Source of the DNA: Candidatus Bathyarchaeota archaeon
Lineage (GTDB): Archaea; Thermoproteota; Bathyarchaeia; Bathyarchaeales; Bathycorpusculaceae
NCBI GenBank assembly: GCA_963780185.1
Contig: CAWABA010000007.1
Location: 185,175 to 249,174 of the forward strand
Length of the DNA stretch: 64,000 nucleotides
Reading direction: 5' to 3'
Position 1 is the stretch's first letter. Each line of letters begins with the position of its first letter. A program made the position numbers and the translations under genes. Shown piece by piece: positions 42,711-53,721 of this stretch. Below the pieces are notes generated by a model. The model was not told the DNA's origin, ran no database searches, and was given only the letters and a program-made list of their open reading frames with translations.

Positions 42711-42768
42711 TTGGCTTTCTTAATTTCTTTTTCTTAAAATTTTTTTAGTCTTATAATTTATCGCTTAT

Positions 42769-42828
42769 TGTATATGTGGTATATGCCGATATATCGTCGG
42801 ATGGGTGTTTGTATATACCGTATATGCC
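42769..42828. promoter_or_regulatory. Direct-repeat candidate operator
   Basis: TGTATATgtgGTATATGCC (42769-87) and TGTATATaccGTATATGCC (42810-28). Confidence 0.5.
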
Positions 42829-42898
42829 TTTACATAGCGTATTTCGACTAAGTATATATCTGCCTTTGCCATACTCAGATGGACAGAGGTTAACAAAA

Positions 42899-44614
42899 AT
42901 GGAAACTCTCGAATTAAAACCTTTAGAAAAAAAGAAACTCAACGTCTTACTGCTGGAAAAGGAATACAACGAACAATTCTGGGTAACCGAGCCACCAGCA
43001 AACTCAAACTCAATCAAAGCCTTACTTAAGCCATCAATAGGTTTTTACAAGTTTCTCGAAAACCTAGTAAGCAAAGTCAACGTGGATTTCGTCACCGATG
43101 AACTAGGCAACCGTACCAAGGCAGACTTTGATGGAAGCATAACCACAGACATTCTAAGCAAAAGCAACATCCCCTACTTCGCCGTAGACATCGACGCAAC
43201 TGCAAAAGACTACATCGGAGACGTAATTGCTAAAAAAATAAACTCACTAAATGACTTGTTAAAAGCTTTGGACAACGTGCCAAAACAAAAAGACGATTCA
43301 ATGGAAAAAGAATATTTGATCGCTCTTGGCCAAAGCCTCCAATTCGAAATAGAAGATCACCAAAAAGAAGTCAATTTCTCAATTAGAGAAAGCTGGATAG
43401 CAATGGGCATTCTAAACCACGCAAGAGAACTCAAAGGCAAAGAAGAAATCACCAGCCTCCACATCTGCAGCCCCGAGCATATGACCGGAGTAAAACAGAT
43501 ACTTGAATCAATGAACGTGAAAGTTGAAACTGCAAAGCTCTCAAAGAAAGTCATCGCAGCAAGCACAGAAGTACCGTCCTCTCATGAGATGGAAAACTGG
43601 TTGGAGTCAATCCAAATTCAAGTTAAGCCAACCATGGGAAAAGGCGCAGAAGACGCACCATACCTACTTTTCTACCTTGACACTGACGTGAAAGCAAGCC
43701 CATTCGACATTTGCATGGCATACGACGTCGGCTACGACGCAGTCATACCTTACGAAAACGTGAATCCGGAAGACGCAAAAAACATCACTCAGGATGCATT
43801 GCTTTCTCGTGGACCCAAAGGCGTTAAGCACACAGCTTTCATGATTGGAGGAAAAAACGCAGAAAGATCCGAAGAAGTCTTTCAAGCAGTAAAAGATTCA
43901 ATGTTCCCACCGTTCAAAACAAGCATAATAATTGACCCCGCAGGCGCTTACACAACTGCAGCAGCAATGGTAGCCAAAGCAGAAGATGCATTGGTCAAGA
44001 ACAAACTTGGAGAACTAAAAGACAAAACATGCGCCATCATGGGAACAGGTGCAGTTGGACAAATCGCAGCTGTTCTTCTTGCTAAAATAGGTTGCAAAGT
44101 AATGATTGCCAGCCTGAACCCGAAACGTGCAGACGGAAAAGAGCATGCAGAAAGCATAGGGAAGCTTCTAGCTAAAGACCACGGAGTACAAGTTCAAGGT
44201 ATATTCGCACCGACACCCGCTTCAAAAATCGACATTATACAGAAAGCTGACGTAATCATGTGCGCAGGAGTCAAAGGCGTTCGCATCATCGACAAAGAAA
44301 TGCTCAAAGACGTTAAACACATGAAGCTGCTGCTTGACATAAACGCGGTTCCACCCTTCGGCGTAGAAGGAATCGAACTCAAAGACGACATGAAAGAAAT
44401 GCTGCCTGGAATATTCGTTATCGGCGCTCTGAGCGTAGGCGACTTAAAACACAAAGTTGAGAAGGAAATGCTGCGGGATGCACGAAGCAACGGAAAAGAA
44501 GTCTACAACTTCAACGTAGCGCTACCGATGGCAAGAAAGATGCTTGAAAAAGACATGCTGCCATCAAAGCTGGCAATGACGTTGAATTATCAATCGACAA
44601 GGAAACCCGCATAG
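42899..44614 (+). CDS. NAD(P)-dependent methylene-H4MPT dehydrogenase (MtdA/B-like) fused to an N-terminal TraB/TIKI-like domain
   Basis: SPFDICMAYD.G, SRGPKG, DPAGAYTTAAAMVA, GTGAVG, DINAVPPFG. Confidence 0.85.
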   Translation: METLELKPLEKKKLNVLLLEKEYNEQFWVTEPPANSNSIKALLKPSIGFYKFLENLVSKVNVDFVTDELGNRTKADFDGSITTDILSKSNIPYFAVDIDATAKDYIGDVIAKKINSLNDLLKALDNVPKQKDDSMEKEYLIALGQSLQFEIEDHQKEVNFSIRESWIAMGILNHARELKGKEEITSLHICSPEHMTGVKQILESMNVKVETAKLSKKVIAASTEVPSSHEMENWLESIQIQVKPTMGKGAEDAPYLLFYLDTDVKASPFDICMAYDVGYDAVIPYENVNPEDAKNITQDALLSRGPKGVKHTAFMIGGKNAERSEEVFQAVKDSMFPPFKTSIIIDPAGAYTTAAAMVAKAEDALVKNKLGELKDKTCAIMGTGAVGQIAAVLLAKIGCKVMIASLNPKRADGKEHAESIGKLLAKDHGVQVQGIFAPTPASKIDIIQKADVIMCAGVKGVRIIDKEMLKDVKHMKLLLDINAVPPFGVEGIELKDDMKEMLPGIFVIGALSVGDLKHKVEKEMLRDARSNGKEVYNFNVALPMARKMLEKDMLPSKLAMTLNYQSTRKPA

Positions 44615-44637
44615 GGTTCTTTCTTTTCTTTTTTATT

Positions 44638-45651
44638 TTACGTAGAAACTTTGAACGCGTGGTTGACCGTAACTTCCGCGATGTTTGCTGCATAGAAACC
44701 AATTTTCTTTATGTCTTCCCTAATTGAGCATACAGCGCAGATCAACTCGGGTTTTTGGTGGCTCAGGAAAGTTGTGCTGGCGATTTCTTGATCTAATTTC
44801 TCAATTCTCTTGGTTTGCTTCATTATTTCAACTGACAATTCAGCGTCACGTTGGAAGAAAGCGTTAACTGCTTTAACGTACAAATCCATAACCTCCTCCC
44901 CCTCAGCAGACATAAGCTCCAACAAGTTGCTGGGGATTTTCTCTCCAATTCCATCAATCATAATTATGTGTCGGGCTATGTCTGCCACGTAATCTGCGGC
45001 ATGCTCGATCAAGACGGAGAGGTATTGGTAGTCCATGCAGTCCAGCGGGTCCAAACGCAGTTCATTAGCTAAAACTGGACTTTGAGCCGCGCTCCGCAGT
45101 ATTCTGGTGATGAGGAAGTGGAATTGGTCCACGTCGTCGTCAAGTGAAAAAACAGATTTTGCGAGCGTGATGTCGTTGGTTTTCAAAGCGTTGAAGACAT
45201 CTTCACACATTGAGTGGGATATGAGATGCATTCTTTGTACTGCTTGGTCAAGGGAAGCTTTTGATTCGTCAGTTAATGTTTGAAGGTAGACTCCTCTTGA
45301 ATCTGACTCCATTATTCTCATGTAAAGCCTGCCCGCGATGTACCGTATTGCTTTTCTCTGGGGGACGGAGAGGATTTTTTCTGCTACGAGTGTGATTCCG
45401 GAGTACCCGTTCAAGAATGACCCGATGATTTTTTGGGTGATTAATGCTTCATCATCGGTGTGTCCGATCTTTATTGTTGTTTCTTTAGGCGGCGACTTCT
45501 TCTCTGCACCAGGATAAACAACCAATGAACGGTCACGTTGGATCGCGTATGAAACCACGTCTCCCTTGTTTAATTCGTTTAGCGTCATCCAGTTTTTTGG
45601 GAGAGAAATAACCATTGAGGATCTGCCTAAAGACATTATTCTGCGTTCCAT
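44638..45651 (-). CDS. AbrB-PhoU family regulator
   Basis: RRIMSLGRSSMVISLPKNW; DDDVDQ; IEHAADY. Confidence 0.88.
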   Translation of the reverse strand: MERRIMSLGRSSMVISLPKNWMTLNELNKGDVVSYAIQRDRSLVVYPGAEKKSPPKETTIKIGHTDDEALITQKIIGSFLNGYSGITLVAEKILSVPQRKAIRYIAGRLYMRIMESDSRGVYLQTLTDESKASLDQAVQRMHLISHSMCEDVFNALKTNDITLAKSVFSLDDDVDQFHFLITRILRSAAQSPVLANELRLDPLDCMDYQYLSVLIEHAADYVADIARHIIMIDGIGEKIPSNLLELMSAEGEEVMDLYVKAVNAFFQRDAELSVEIMKQTKRIEKLDQEIASTTFLSHQKPELICAVCSIREDIKKIGFYAANIAEVTVNHAFKVST

Positions 45652-45965
45652 GCTAAGCCACCGACATATCACTGACTGTATGAAGTTAATACCGCAAATA
45701 TTTAATATATACTGTATTAGCCGATGGGATTTTCATTGGTGCGCCTTATTGCGGTAAGATGCTCTGATGCCCTACAACACAAGACTGGTTAAATTGAAAC
45801 AGAACTTGAAAAAGTTAAAGCGCAAATAGTTCTTTTTGCAGGGTTTCATTTGTTTTTTCTCTATCAACCTGAAGGTTGTATCTGCACAGGATTTATACCA
45901 TCTTGCAAAGGATAAGCAAAACCTAAAAAATCGGGGGCCATCAAAGCAACTGAGCAGTGACTCGT

Positions 45966-46393
45966 CTAATAGTCTTCCTTGAACTCACTTAAGGTCCTCA
46001 GGAGGATTCCTTCCCTCTCAAAACATACTTTCGATAGCTGAAAATGGGGGTCGTTCGACACGAGATAAACGTTCTGCCGGCAGATTTTTTGACGTTCACA
46101 TGCAAGACAGGCTACCTGCACGTCACAATCAGAGGCTCCATTTTCTTGCATTTCACCCGTTACGCCATTTAGTTTTTGCGGTAGGGGCAAGCTCTTTTCG
46201 TGAAAACGAGGTTCTAAGTTTTCTGGCCGAAGTGTAGAGCAATTGGATTGCTGTCCCGTAAACTCCTTTTAATTCCTTTGCCCAAGCGCATCTAGCTGAC
46301 AAAAATATGATCCTGTCTAGAGGCTATTGTCTCGATAATTTCAGGGTCAAGGAGCACTCTAAAAGCGTTTGTATCTAGAACAATATCCGGCAT
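45966..46393 (-). CDS. PIN-domain protein (frameshifted)
   Basis: MPDIVLDTNAF...ASDCDVQVA...LVSNDPHF, reconstructed across frames. Confidence 0.65.
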
Positions 46394-46395
46394 GG

Positions 46396-47758
46396 TTATT
46401 CCTTGGTGATGAACCTTTCAAGGATCTCCCTTTCTACGTCTATGAAAGAAGGAATTCCTTCTTTCAACCCATTATCATCAACAGCAAGTCTGTCAGCCTT
46501 AGATAATCCATCTTCAGCTCTATCGACGTGATAAACTGCGATATCTTTTGGCGAGAGCTTGATTTTGTATTTTTTCCTGCCTCCGGTTGTTAATCCTTTT
46601 AGGTCGAATCCTCTTAGAATTGATCCAAGTGAAAGCGGGAAGTAGGAGCTATGGGATGTTACGATTATTTGTTTCCCCTCTAGAACAGCTTGGCCGAACA
46701 AGGCAGGGAGCAAACGCTGGTAGCTCGGATGAAGACTGATTTCAGGTTCCTCAATGAGTACCACGCTACCTCGACCAGCGAAAGCCAACTGAGATATTAT
46801 AGGTAATAACTGTTTTGGCCCCGATCCTAAAGAAGGAAGTTCAAAGGAAGTATCAATTAATGGGTCCCTATATCCAGATGTTAGCATGTTTGGGTACTCC
46901 CACCCAGCCCATACGTTATTCATGCCGAACATTTGGCAAAAAATTTCGTATGGGTATCGCTTATCTTGGTATCTGGGCGCCATAAGTTTAGCTAGAATTT
47001 CAAGAGTGTATTCGCCTTTTCGTCCTACCCACCCTACTTTTCTCTCCGGTGAAGGGACGTAAGTCCAAGGAATGAATCCTCTGTCAGCTGAGTAGGTAGA
47101 AGACTGTTGAGAGTTTTTTTCTTAAGAGATCGGAAATTTCGCTCGAAAGAATACTTTCCAAATCAAAAATCTTGAATGATGGCAAAAATATGTTTTCGTC
47201 ATGTGCACAAACGTTGAGTGTCAAACCATTAGGTGAAGTACTTCTTTTGTTATTCCTTATAGTCTCATTTAGATAAGTCGCCTCACCGATAAAAAAACGG
47301 TGGGATTGAAATGTTCCCTTTCCGTTAAAAGAATATTTATATTTTAAGAGAATTTTTTCTTGTCCTTCAGAGAAGGTTTTTGATAGATATTTTAAATGTG
47401 TCACGTAATTCGATAGCGCAGGGGTTTTTTCCACAAGTTTTGCCATGATTGTAATTTCTCTTTCAACCAAACGCTTAATGGTTTGCCCGTCAGTACAAGC
47501 CGAAAATCCGAGACCCATGTGACATCCCTCAGAACCTCTCGGAAAAATGGTTTTCTGCTCTCCGAAATCGACTAAATCGCCTTTCAAGGCCTCGGGAACA
47601 CCGCGGTATTTTTTAGCGCTTTGAGCCATTAATGCTATTGCCTCTAAAATGCTAGACTTGCCAGCCCCATTTGGACCGACAAAGATTGTAAGTGGCGCTA
47701 ATTCGATGTTCATCTCTTTTATACTTTTAAATTCGTTTAGTTCTAACGAGGATATCAT
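46396..47758 (-). CDS. ABC-type (AAA_15/AAA_21-like) ATPase (frameshift near 47085)
   Basis: FKSI, GPNGAGKSS, GSG, IEEPEISLHP, IVTSHS. Confidence 0.85.
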
Positions 47759-48165
47759 TAATCGAGCCAGCAGTTGTTATAATGTTTGATTTACAATAAG
47801 AATCTGACTGTTCTCGCAGAAAAGAAATCAAAATTTGAAATGAAGGTCCTGGTAACCCAAGATTCACATTGTTCCCAACTTAAATGTAAATTAACTTTGC
47901 TTTCAATTGCTTTTCTGCCTTCTTGATGCCTGATAATAGAAAATAACTCCATTACCTTTCCTATGATAGTTGATCTATTGTACTAAAAGAGAACTCAGAT
48001 CAAATGAACTAAGCTCAATACTAAAACCACTTTTTCCGTGAATACAATATAGCTTTTGTAAATCGTTATTGTGTGTCTGATTGCCAATTATTTTAGGAAG
48101 GGTAAAAATGGGTAGATAGATTTAGTTCGGTAGTGTTGAAGCCAAGCGGCAACCAATCGCCAATT

Positions 48166-49324
48166 TTAAAGGCTCTTGATTCTGTCACAAGCCTCTATGA
48201 TGCGCTCTTTCGGCTGTGTAAACGTCATCCTCACGTAGCCTTCACCGAACTTCCCAAAGCCAACTCCCGGCGTAACAGCGACCCCGGCGTCAAGCAGCTT
48301 CGTGGCAAACTTCATCGAATCGCCTTGGCAGTTTACCCAAACATAGAACGTTGCTTTGGGCTTGTCGCATTTGTACCCGATTTTGCAGAGAGTCGCAAGC
48401 TAGTAGGTCGCGGCGTTCCTGAAGAATTTGGTTGTTTTTTCTGAGGAAGTCAGGTGCTTCTTTGCTTTTGTAGGATGCTAGAGCTTTTACGGCGACTTTC
48501 TGGATGTAAACTGGCGGTCCCGAATCTATTTGCGTTTTCACTTTGGCTAAGCCGCCGACAAGCTGCTGGTTTCCAACTGCGAATCCGATGCGGTCGCCTG
48601 TCATGTTGAAGGTTTTCGAGAGAGAATGGAACTCAATCGCGACGTCCATGGCGCCGTCAACCTCCAATATGCTTGGAGCTTGATAGCCGTCGTAGGTTAT
48701 TTCTGAGTACGCGTTGTCGTAGCAGAGGATTATGTTGTTGTCTTTGGCGAAGTCCACTGCTTTCTTTAGGAATTTCTTGTCTACGGTGGCTGCAGTGGGG
48801 TTGTTGGGGTAGTTAAGAAACATCATTTTGGCTCCTTTGGCGTTGACGGCTTCAAAGTCAGGTTGGAAACCGTTCTCCGCTAAAAGAGGCATGGGCAACA
48901 CTTTGCCGTCGCACAGGATTGTGCTTCCGTTAGCGTACACTGGGTAAGATGGGTCAGGCACCAAAACGCTTTCGCCTGGGTTTATGAAGGCTCGGGCAAC
49001 GTTTGCTATTCCCTCTTTGGAGCCTAAAAGAGCCACCACCTGGTCTTGAGCTAAATCAACGTTGAACCGTTTCTTGTACCAGCTTGCCACTGCTTCCCGG
49101 AAGTCTGGTTCGCCTTGGCTGAAAGAGTAGTTGTGGTTTTTTGGGTTAGCTGCCTCTTGCTTGAGCGCTTCAATAACAAATTGCGGCGGCGGCAAGTCAG
49201 GGTCACCGATGCTTAGCGAAATCAAATCGACGCCCTTCGCCTTCTTCTCCTTAATGATTTTTTCGATTTCCGCAAACAAGTAAGGCGGCAACCGCTTAAT
49301 TCTGTTAGCATACTCAAACGTCAT
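48166..49324 (-). CDS. dapL: LL-diaminopimelate aminotransferase (frameshifted)
   Basis: LPPYLFAEI, GSKEG, NYPNNPT, DNAYSE, SLSKTFNMTG.RIG; last gene of the dap operon. Confidence 0.88.
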
Positions 49325-49326
49325 GT

Positions 49327-50166
49327 TTAAGCCTCCGAAAACAGTGTTCCCTTGAAGACTTTTTCAGCTGCCCCGCTCAGAAACAGCCTTCCCCCCGCTA
49401 TTTCAACCTGCAAGTCCCCGCCCAACACGTGCACCGTAACTTTTTCCCCTACTTTTCCAAGCTTGTTCGCGGCAGCCACGGATGCGCAGGTTCCAGTTCC
49501 ACAGGCGAGGGTTTCGCCGCATCCGCGTTCCCAAACCCGAATTTTCAGTTCGTTGGGGCTCAGGACTTGGACGAATTCGACGTTAGTTCTTTTGGGGAAC
49601 GTCTTGTGGTTTTCGATTTTTGGACCTATTTGGTTAACTGGAAAATCGCTGACGTGGTCGACGAAGGTAACACAATGAGGATTGCCCGTTGAGAGGCAAG
49701 TTGTTTTGTAGATTTCGCCGTCGACCTCCAATGTCTGATCGATGAAAGTTCCTTTTCCACTCATCGCTAGAACGCTTCTTTCCCAGATCGGCTCGCCCAT
49801 GTCAACCCTAACCGCCTTCACGTCGGCTCCTTCAACCGTCAGCCAGACATGTTTGGGTCCCGAAAGAGTCTCGATAAAGAACTCTGTTTTCTGGACGACG
49901 CCATTTTCGTAGCAGTACTTGGCGAGACATCTTATGCCGTTGCCGCACATCTCCGCTTCGCTACCATCTGCGTTGAAAATCCGCATTTTCGCCGACGCCA
50001 CTTTAGAGCATGAAACCAATAGCAGACCATCCGCACCGACAGAGAAGCGGCGTTCACAAAGCCTCTTGGCTAAATCTGAAGCTTCGGCGTGACCGATTCT
50101 TTCTTCTCTGTTGTCGATTACTATGTAATCGTTGCCTAAGCCATGCATCTTCCAGAACCGTATCAA
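49327..50166 (-). CDS. dapF: Diaminopimelate epimerase
   Basis: KMHGLGND, EMCGNG, GNPH, ERG.GETLACGTG. Confidence 0.96.
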   Translation of the reverse strand: MIRFWKMHGLGNDYIVIDNREERIGHAEASDLAKRLCERRFSVGADGLLLVSCSKVASAKMRIFNADGSEAEMCGNGIRCLAKYCYENGVVQKTEFFIETLSGPKHVWLTVEGADVKAVRVDMGEPIWERSVLAMSGKGTFIDQTLEVDGEIYKTTCLSTGNPHCVTFVDHVSDFPVNQIGPKIENHKTFPKRTNVEFVQVLSPNELKIRVWERGCGETLACGTGTCASVAAANKLGKVGEKVTVHVLGGDLQVEIAGGRLFLSGAAEKVFKGTLFSEA

Positions 50167-51455
50167 GTTGACTCGTCCGTCCGTTGGTTGGCAGTTAAAT
50201 TATCAAGTTGCTCGCGTTCCCTTATGACCACGGGTTTGCCCTGTCGAATCATAACTTCCGCGGCTCTGGGTCGGGCGTTGTATTGTGAGCTCATGCTGAA
50301 ACCATAGGCACCAGCGTTTAGGACCGCCAGCACGTCGCCTTCTTCGACAACTGGGAACCCGCGGTCTTTAGCTAAAGCGTCGCCTGACTCGCACAAGGGG
50401 CCAACCACATCGTAGGTTTCCTTGGCTGCTGCTTCCAGCTTGTTTGCGACCAGTATCTGGTGGTAGGAGCCGTACATTGTTGGGCGGACAAGCGTGTTGA
50501 AGCCTGCGTCTACGCCCACGAACTTCTTTGAAGGCGTCACCTTAACTGTGTTAACGGTTGTAAGAAGTATGCTTGCGTCGCAGACTAGGTATCTGCCTGG
50601 CTCTACACATAGGTATGGCTTGCCTAAACCGTACTCTGCAACCTTGCTTTTGAAGGGCGCAACAACTTTGCTGGAGAAAGTTGCCCAATCAAAGTCTTTC
50701 TCTTCTGGGCTGTAAGGTACACCAAAGCCGCCGCCTATGTCGATGAACTCGAATCCCACGCCTACCTCGTCATGAACACGCTTAGCTATGCTCAACAACT
50801 TGTCAACAGCTTCAACGTAGGGATCAATTTCTAGGATGCCTGAACCAATATGCATGTGAATGCCGAAGCGTTCTACTCTTGCCCTTTTAGCGATCGCATA
50901 AGCTTGAATCGCCTCTTCTTCCCAGAGCCCAAATTTCGAGTCTGGACCTGCCGTTACGCAGTGGGGGTGATGCCCCGCGCCGATTTCTGGGTTAATTCGA
51001 ATCGACAAAACCTGCGGAACCCCGATTTTGAGGAGTCTCTCAAGCTCGGAGAGCGAATCGATGTTTACTGTTATATTAGCGTCTGCAAGCATTTTTAACT
51101 CGTCGTTTCGTACGCTGGTTCCTGTGAACATGATGCGGTCAGGTGTGTACCCGCTGACTAAGCCCATGAAGACTTCTCCTGGGCTAACAGTGTCCAGGTA
51201 TGCTCCTTGTGACCTCAGAATCTTAAGAACGGTGAGGTTCGAGTTGGCTTTGGCGGCGTAATAGACTCGTAGGTACTTGTAGTTGCTGACTAAGGCGTCG
51301 ACGAGCCGATTGTAGTTATCTCTGATGCGTTTCTCGCTTACCACGTACAGTGGAGTATCAAATTTCTGTGCTAACTCCTTAACTGAAACGCCGTCAAAGA
51401 ATAAGCTGCCTTTTCGGTTTTCTAATGGCTCACGAAGCTTTTTTGCCTTTACCAC
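50163..51455 (-). CDS. lysA: Diaminopimelate decarboxylase
   Basis: YAAKAN, SKFG, HMHIGS, GGG, EPGR, CESGD, GAYG. Confidence 0.96.
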   Translation of the reverse strand: MVKAKKLREPLENRKGSLFFDGVSVKELAQKFDTPLYVVSEKRIRDNYNRLVDALVSNYKYLRVYYAAKANSNLTVLKILRSQGAYLDTVSPGEVFMGLVSGYTPDRIMFTGTSVRNDELKMLADANITVNIDSLSELERLLKIGVPQVLSIRINPEIGAGHHPHCVTAGPDSKFGLWEEEAIQAYAIAKRARVERFGIHMHIGSGILEIDPYVEAVDKLLSIAKRVHDEVGVGFEFIDIGGGFGVPYSPEEKDFDWATFSSKVVAPFKSKVAEYGLGKPYLCVEPGRYLVCDASILLTTVNTVKVTPSKKFVGVDAGFNTLVRPTMYGSYHQILVANKLEAAAKETYDVVGPLCESGDALAKDRGFPVVEEGDVLAVLNAGAYGFSMSSQYNARPRAAEVMIRQGKPVVIREREQLDNLTANQRTDEST

Positions 51456-51491
51456 CTTTCACACCTACTTTACCTGCGCCTTTTCTTGGCT

Positions 51492-52550
51492 TTACGCTAA
51501 GCCCTTCGCAACATAGAGTTCAGCGCTTAAGATGCCTCCGCCTGCGGCTCCGCGAATCGTGTTGTGCCCCAGACACATGTACTTGAAGGTTAAAATCGGA
51601 TCTTTACGTATCCTGCCGACGACTACACTCATGCCGCAGCCTGTATCGCGGTCAAAGCGGGGTTGAGGTCTGTTTTTCTCATGGCGAACTACGATGGGAT
51701 ACTTGGGTGCGGATGGCAATTTAAGTTTCTGTGGTTCCCCCTTGAAGTCGGCGAACGCGGCTTCAATCTCTTCGATTGAGGGATCCTTGTCCGTCTTAAC
51801 GAATATGGATTCCAAATGGCCATCTTTCACATGAACTCGGTTGCAGCTTGCACTAATCGTGAAGTCAGCGTTCTGGATTGCTGCACCGTTGAATACGCCA
51901 AGTATTTTTCGCGCTTCCGACTCCATTTTTTCTTCTTCGCCTGAAATGAAGGGAACAACATTATCGATAATGTCCAAGGAAGCGACACCTGGGTAACCTG
52001 CTCCGCTTAGGGCTTGCATGGTTGAAACAACAACCTGCTTCAAACCAAACTGCATCAGCGGCTTGAGCGAAATCGCCATCTGGATTGTGCTGCAGTTGGG
52101 GTCAGTCGAGATGAAGCCTTTCCAGCCTCGCAGCTTCTGCTGAACCCGTATCAACTCAGCATGGTCAGGGTTAATTTCTGGAACAAGCAGCGGAACATCT
52201 TTCTCCATTCTGTGGGCACTTGCCTTGCTGAACACTGGGTAGAGCGCAGCAAACTGTGATTCAACTGGACCTGCCAAGTCGCCTGGCAAAGAAGAAAACA
52301 CCAAGTCAACGTCCCCTGCCTTCTCGACGGATTCTACGTCAGCATTTGCCACCGGCATCTCCGCAATCTCCTTCGGCAAATCTGTTTCCATGACCCAGTT
52401 GCAGGCTTCACCGTATTTTTTGCCTGCTGACCGCTCTGACGCTGCAAGTACTTCTATTTGGAACCACGGGTGTCCCTGAAGCAGCTGAATGAACCTTTGT
52501 CCCACGGCTCCCGTTGCACCTAAGACTGCTACTTTACGCTTAAACGACAT
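51492..52550 (-). CDS. asd: Aspartate-semialdehyde dehydrogenase
   Basis: GATGAVGQ, PNCST, QALSGAG, HNTIRGAAG. Confidence 0.96.
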   Translation of the reverse strand: MSFKRKVAVLGATGAVGQRFIQLLQGHPWFQIEVLAASERSAGKKYGEACNWVMETDLPKEIAEMPVANADVESVEKAGDVDLVFSSLPGDLAGPVESQFAALYPVFSKASAHRMEKDVPLLVPEINPDHAELIRVQQKLRGWKGFISTDPNCSTIQMAISLKPLMQFGLKQVVVSTMQALSGAGYPGVASLDIIDNVVPFISGEEEKMESEARKILGVFNGAAIQNADFTISASCNRVHVKDGHLESIFVKTDKDPSIEEIEAAFADFKGEPQKLKLPSAPKYPIVVRHEKNRPQPRFDRDTGCGMSVVVGRIRKDPILTFKYMCLGHNTIRGAAGGGILSAELYVAKGLA

Positions 52551-53709
52551 TTTCTATCGCTTCCTTCGCTCTTTTGATTTCGTTTTCTTCGATAAAAACA
52601 TTAATGGTTGCCTTGCTAGTTGTAACTTCAATAATGTTGATTCCAACCTGACTTAAGACATTAGCGATTTTCGCTATGCCTCCTGGCGAATCAATGAAGT
52701 CGGGGTCGCTGATTTGGATCATGGCAACGTTTTCTCTGTGGCTCACAGCCTTAAAGTTTCTATTGCTGTGCAGTTGGTTTAGGATTTGCGATACGTCGCC
52801 GTCTGTGGTAAAGATGGTCACCGATTTCCTTCCAGAACTGACGCCGTAAACAGGCTTATTGCTAAGCACCGAAAAGACCTCCATTATGTTCTGTGCGTTA
52901 ACTTCGCAGACAATGCTCACTGCAATTAACCCTTGCTGAGTCAAGATTTCAGCGGAATTAAGGTTGAAAAACCCCGTGATTTCCGTGCCGCCTTCTGCAA
53001 GCTTGCCCGAGTTGAAGTCCACTACTTTGAGGGTTTGGTTTGGCAGTTTATATTTCAAGGCTCCTGCCTTAACGATTTTTGCTCCACCTTGGGCTAAATC
53101 AAACATTTCATGTATTTCCATCTTTTGAATGGGTCTTGCGTCTGGAACTATTTTTGGGTCTGCCGATAGGACCCCGCTTGTTTCTTTTACAAGGATGATT
53201 TGGTCAGCCGATATGCATCTGGCAAGCAGCATCGCCGTCGTGTCGCTTCCGCCTCTCCCGAGGGTGGTAACTCTACCTTGAGGGTCCTTTCCAAGGAAAC
53301 CGCACACAACGGGAATGGCCTTGCCTAAGAGTGGCGTTAGGAATTGTGAGGTTAAAGCCGCGGTTTTTTCCATGTCAGGTGTAGCGTTGAGGAAGTTTGA
53401 GTCTGTGATGATTGGCCAGTTATCGTATGCTGGGTCGAAGACTTCAGCTTTTAATCCTTGAGCCTTCAGAGCTGCGCAGAAAATCCGGGCGCTTGTCCGC
53501 TCACCTGTAGATATTATCTCTGCCCACTCAGCGTCACCAACGCCTATCTGAGTAACTGTTTGAGTAAGGCTATCTGTGGTTTTACCCATGGCAGAAACCA
53601 CAACAACCACTTCATCAAAACATGCGTCTGCAACAAGCTTGGCTGCCCGCTGGATTTTTTCGCCAGAAGATAAATCTGCGCCTCCGAACTTGACAACGAC
53701 CCGAACCAA
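52540..53709 (-). CDS. lysC: Aspartate kinase
   Basis: KFGG, VVSAMG, LGRGGSD, ACT domains. Confidence 0.93.
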   Translation of the reverse strand: MVRVVVKFGGADLSSGEKIQRAAKLVADACFDEVVVVVSAMGKTTDSLTQTVTQIGVGDAEWAEIISTGERTSARIFCAALKAQGLKAEVFDPAYDNWPIITDSNFLNATPDMEKTAALTSQFLTPLLGKAIPVVCGFLGKDPQGRVTTLGRGGSDTTAMLLARCISADQIILVKETSGVLSADPKIVPDARPIQKMEIHEMFDLAQGGAKIVKAGALKYKLPNQTLKVVDFNSGKLAEGGTEITGFFNLNSAEILTQQGLIAVSIVCEVNAQNIMEVFSVLSNKPVYGVSSGRKSVTIFTTDGDVSQILNQLHSNRNFKAVSHRENVAMIQISDPDFIDSPGGIAKIANVLSQVGINIIEVTTSKATINVFIEENEIKRAKEAIENVV

Positions 53710-53721
53710 GATGCCTCGCCT

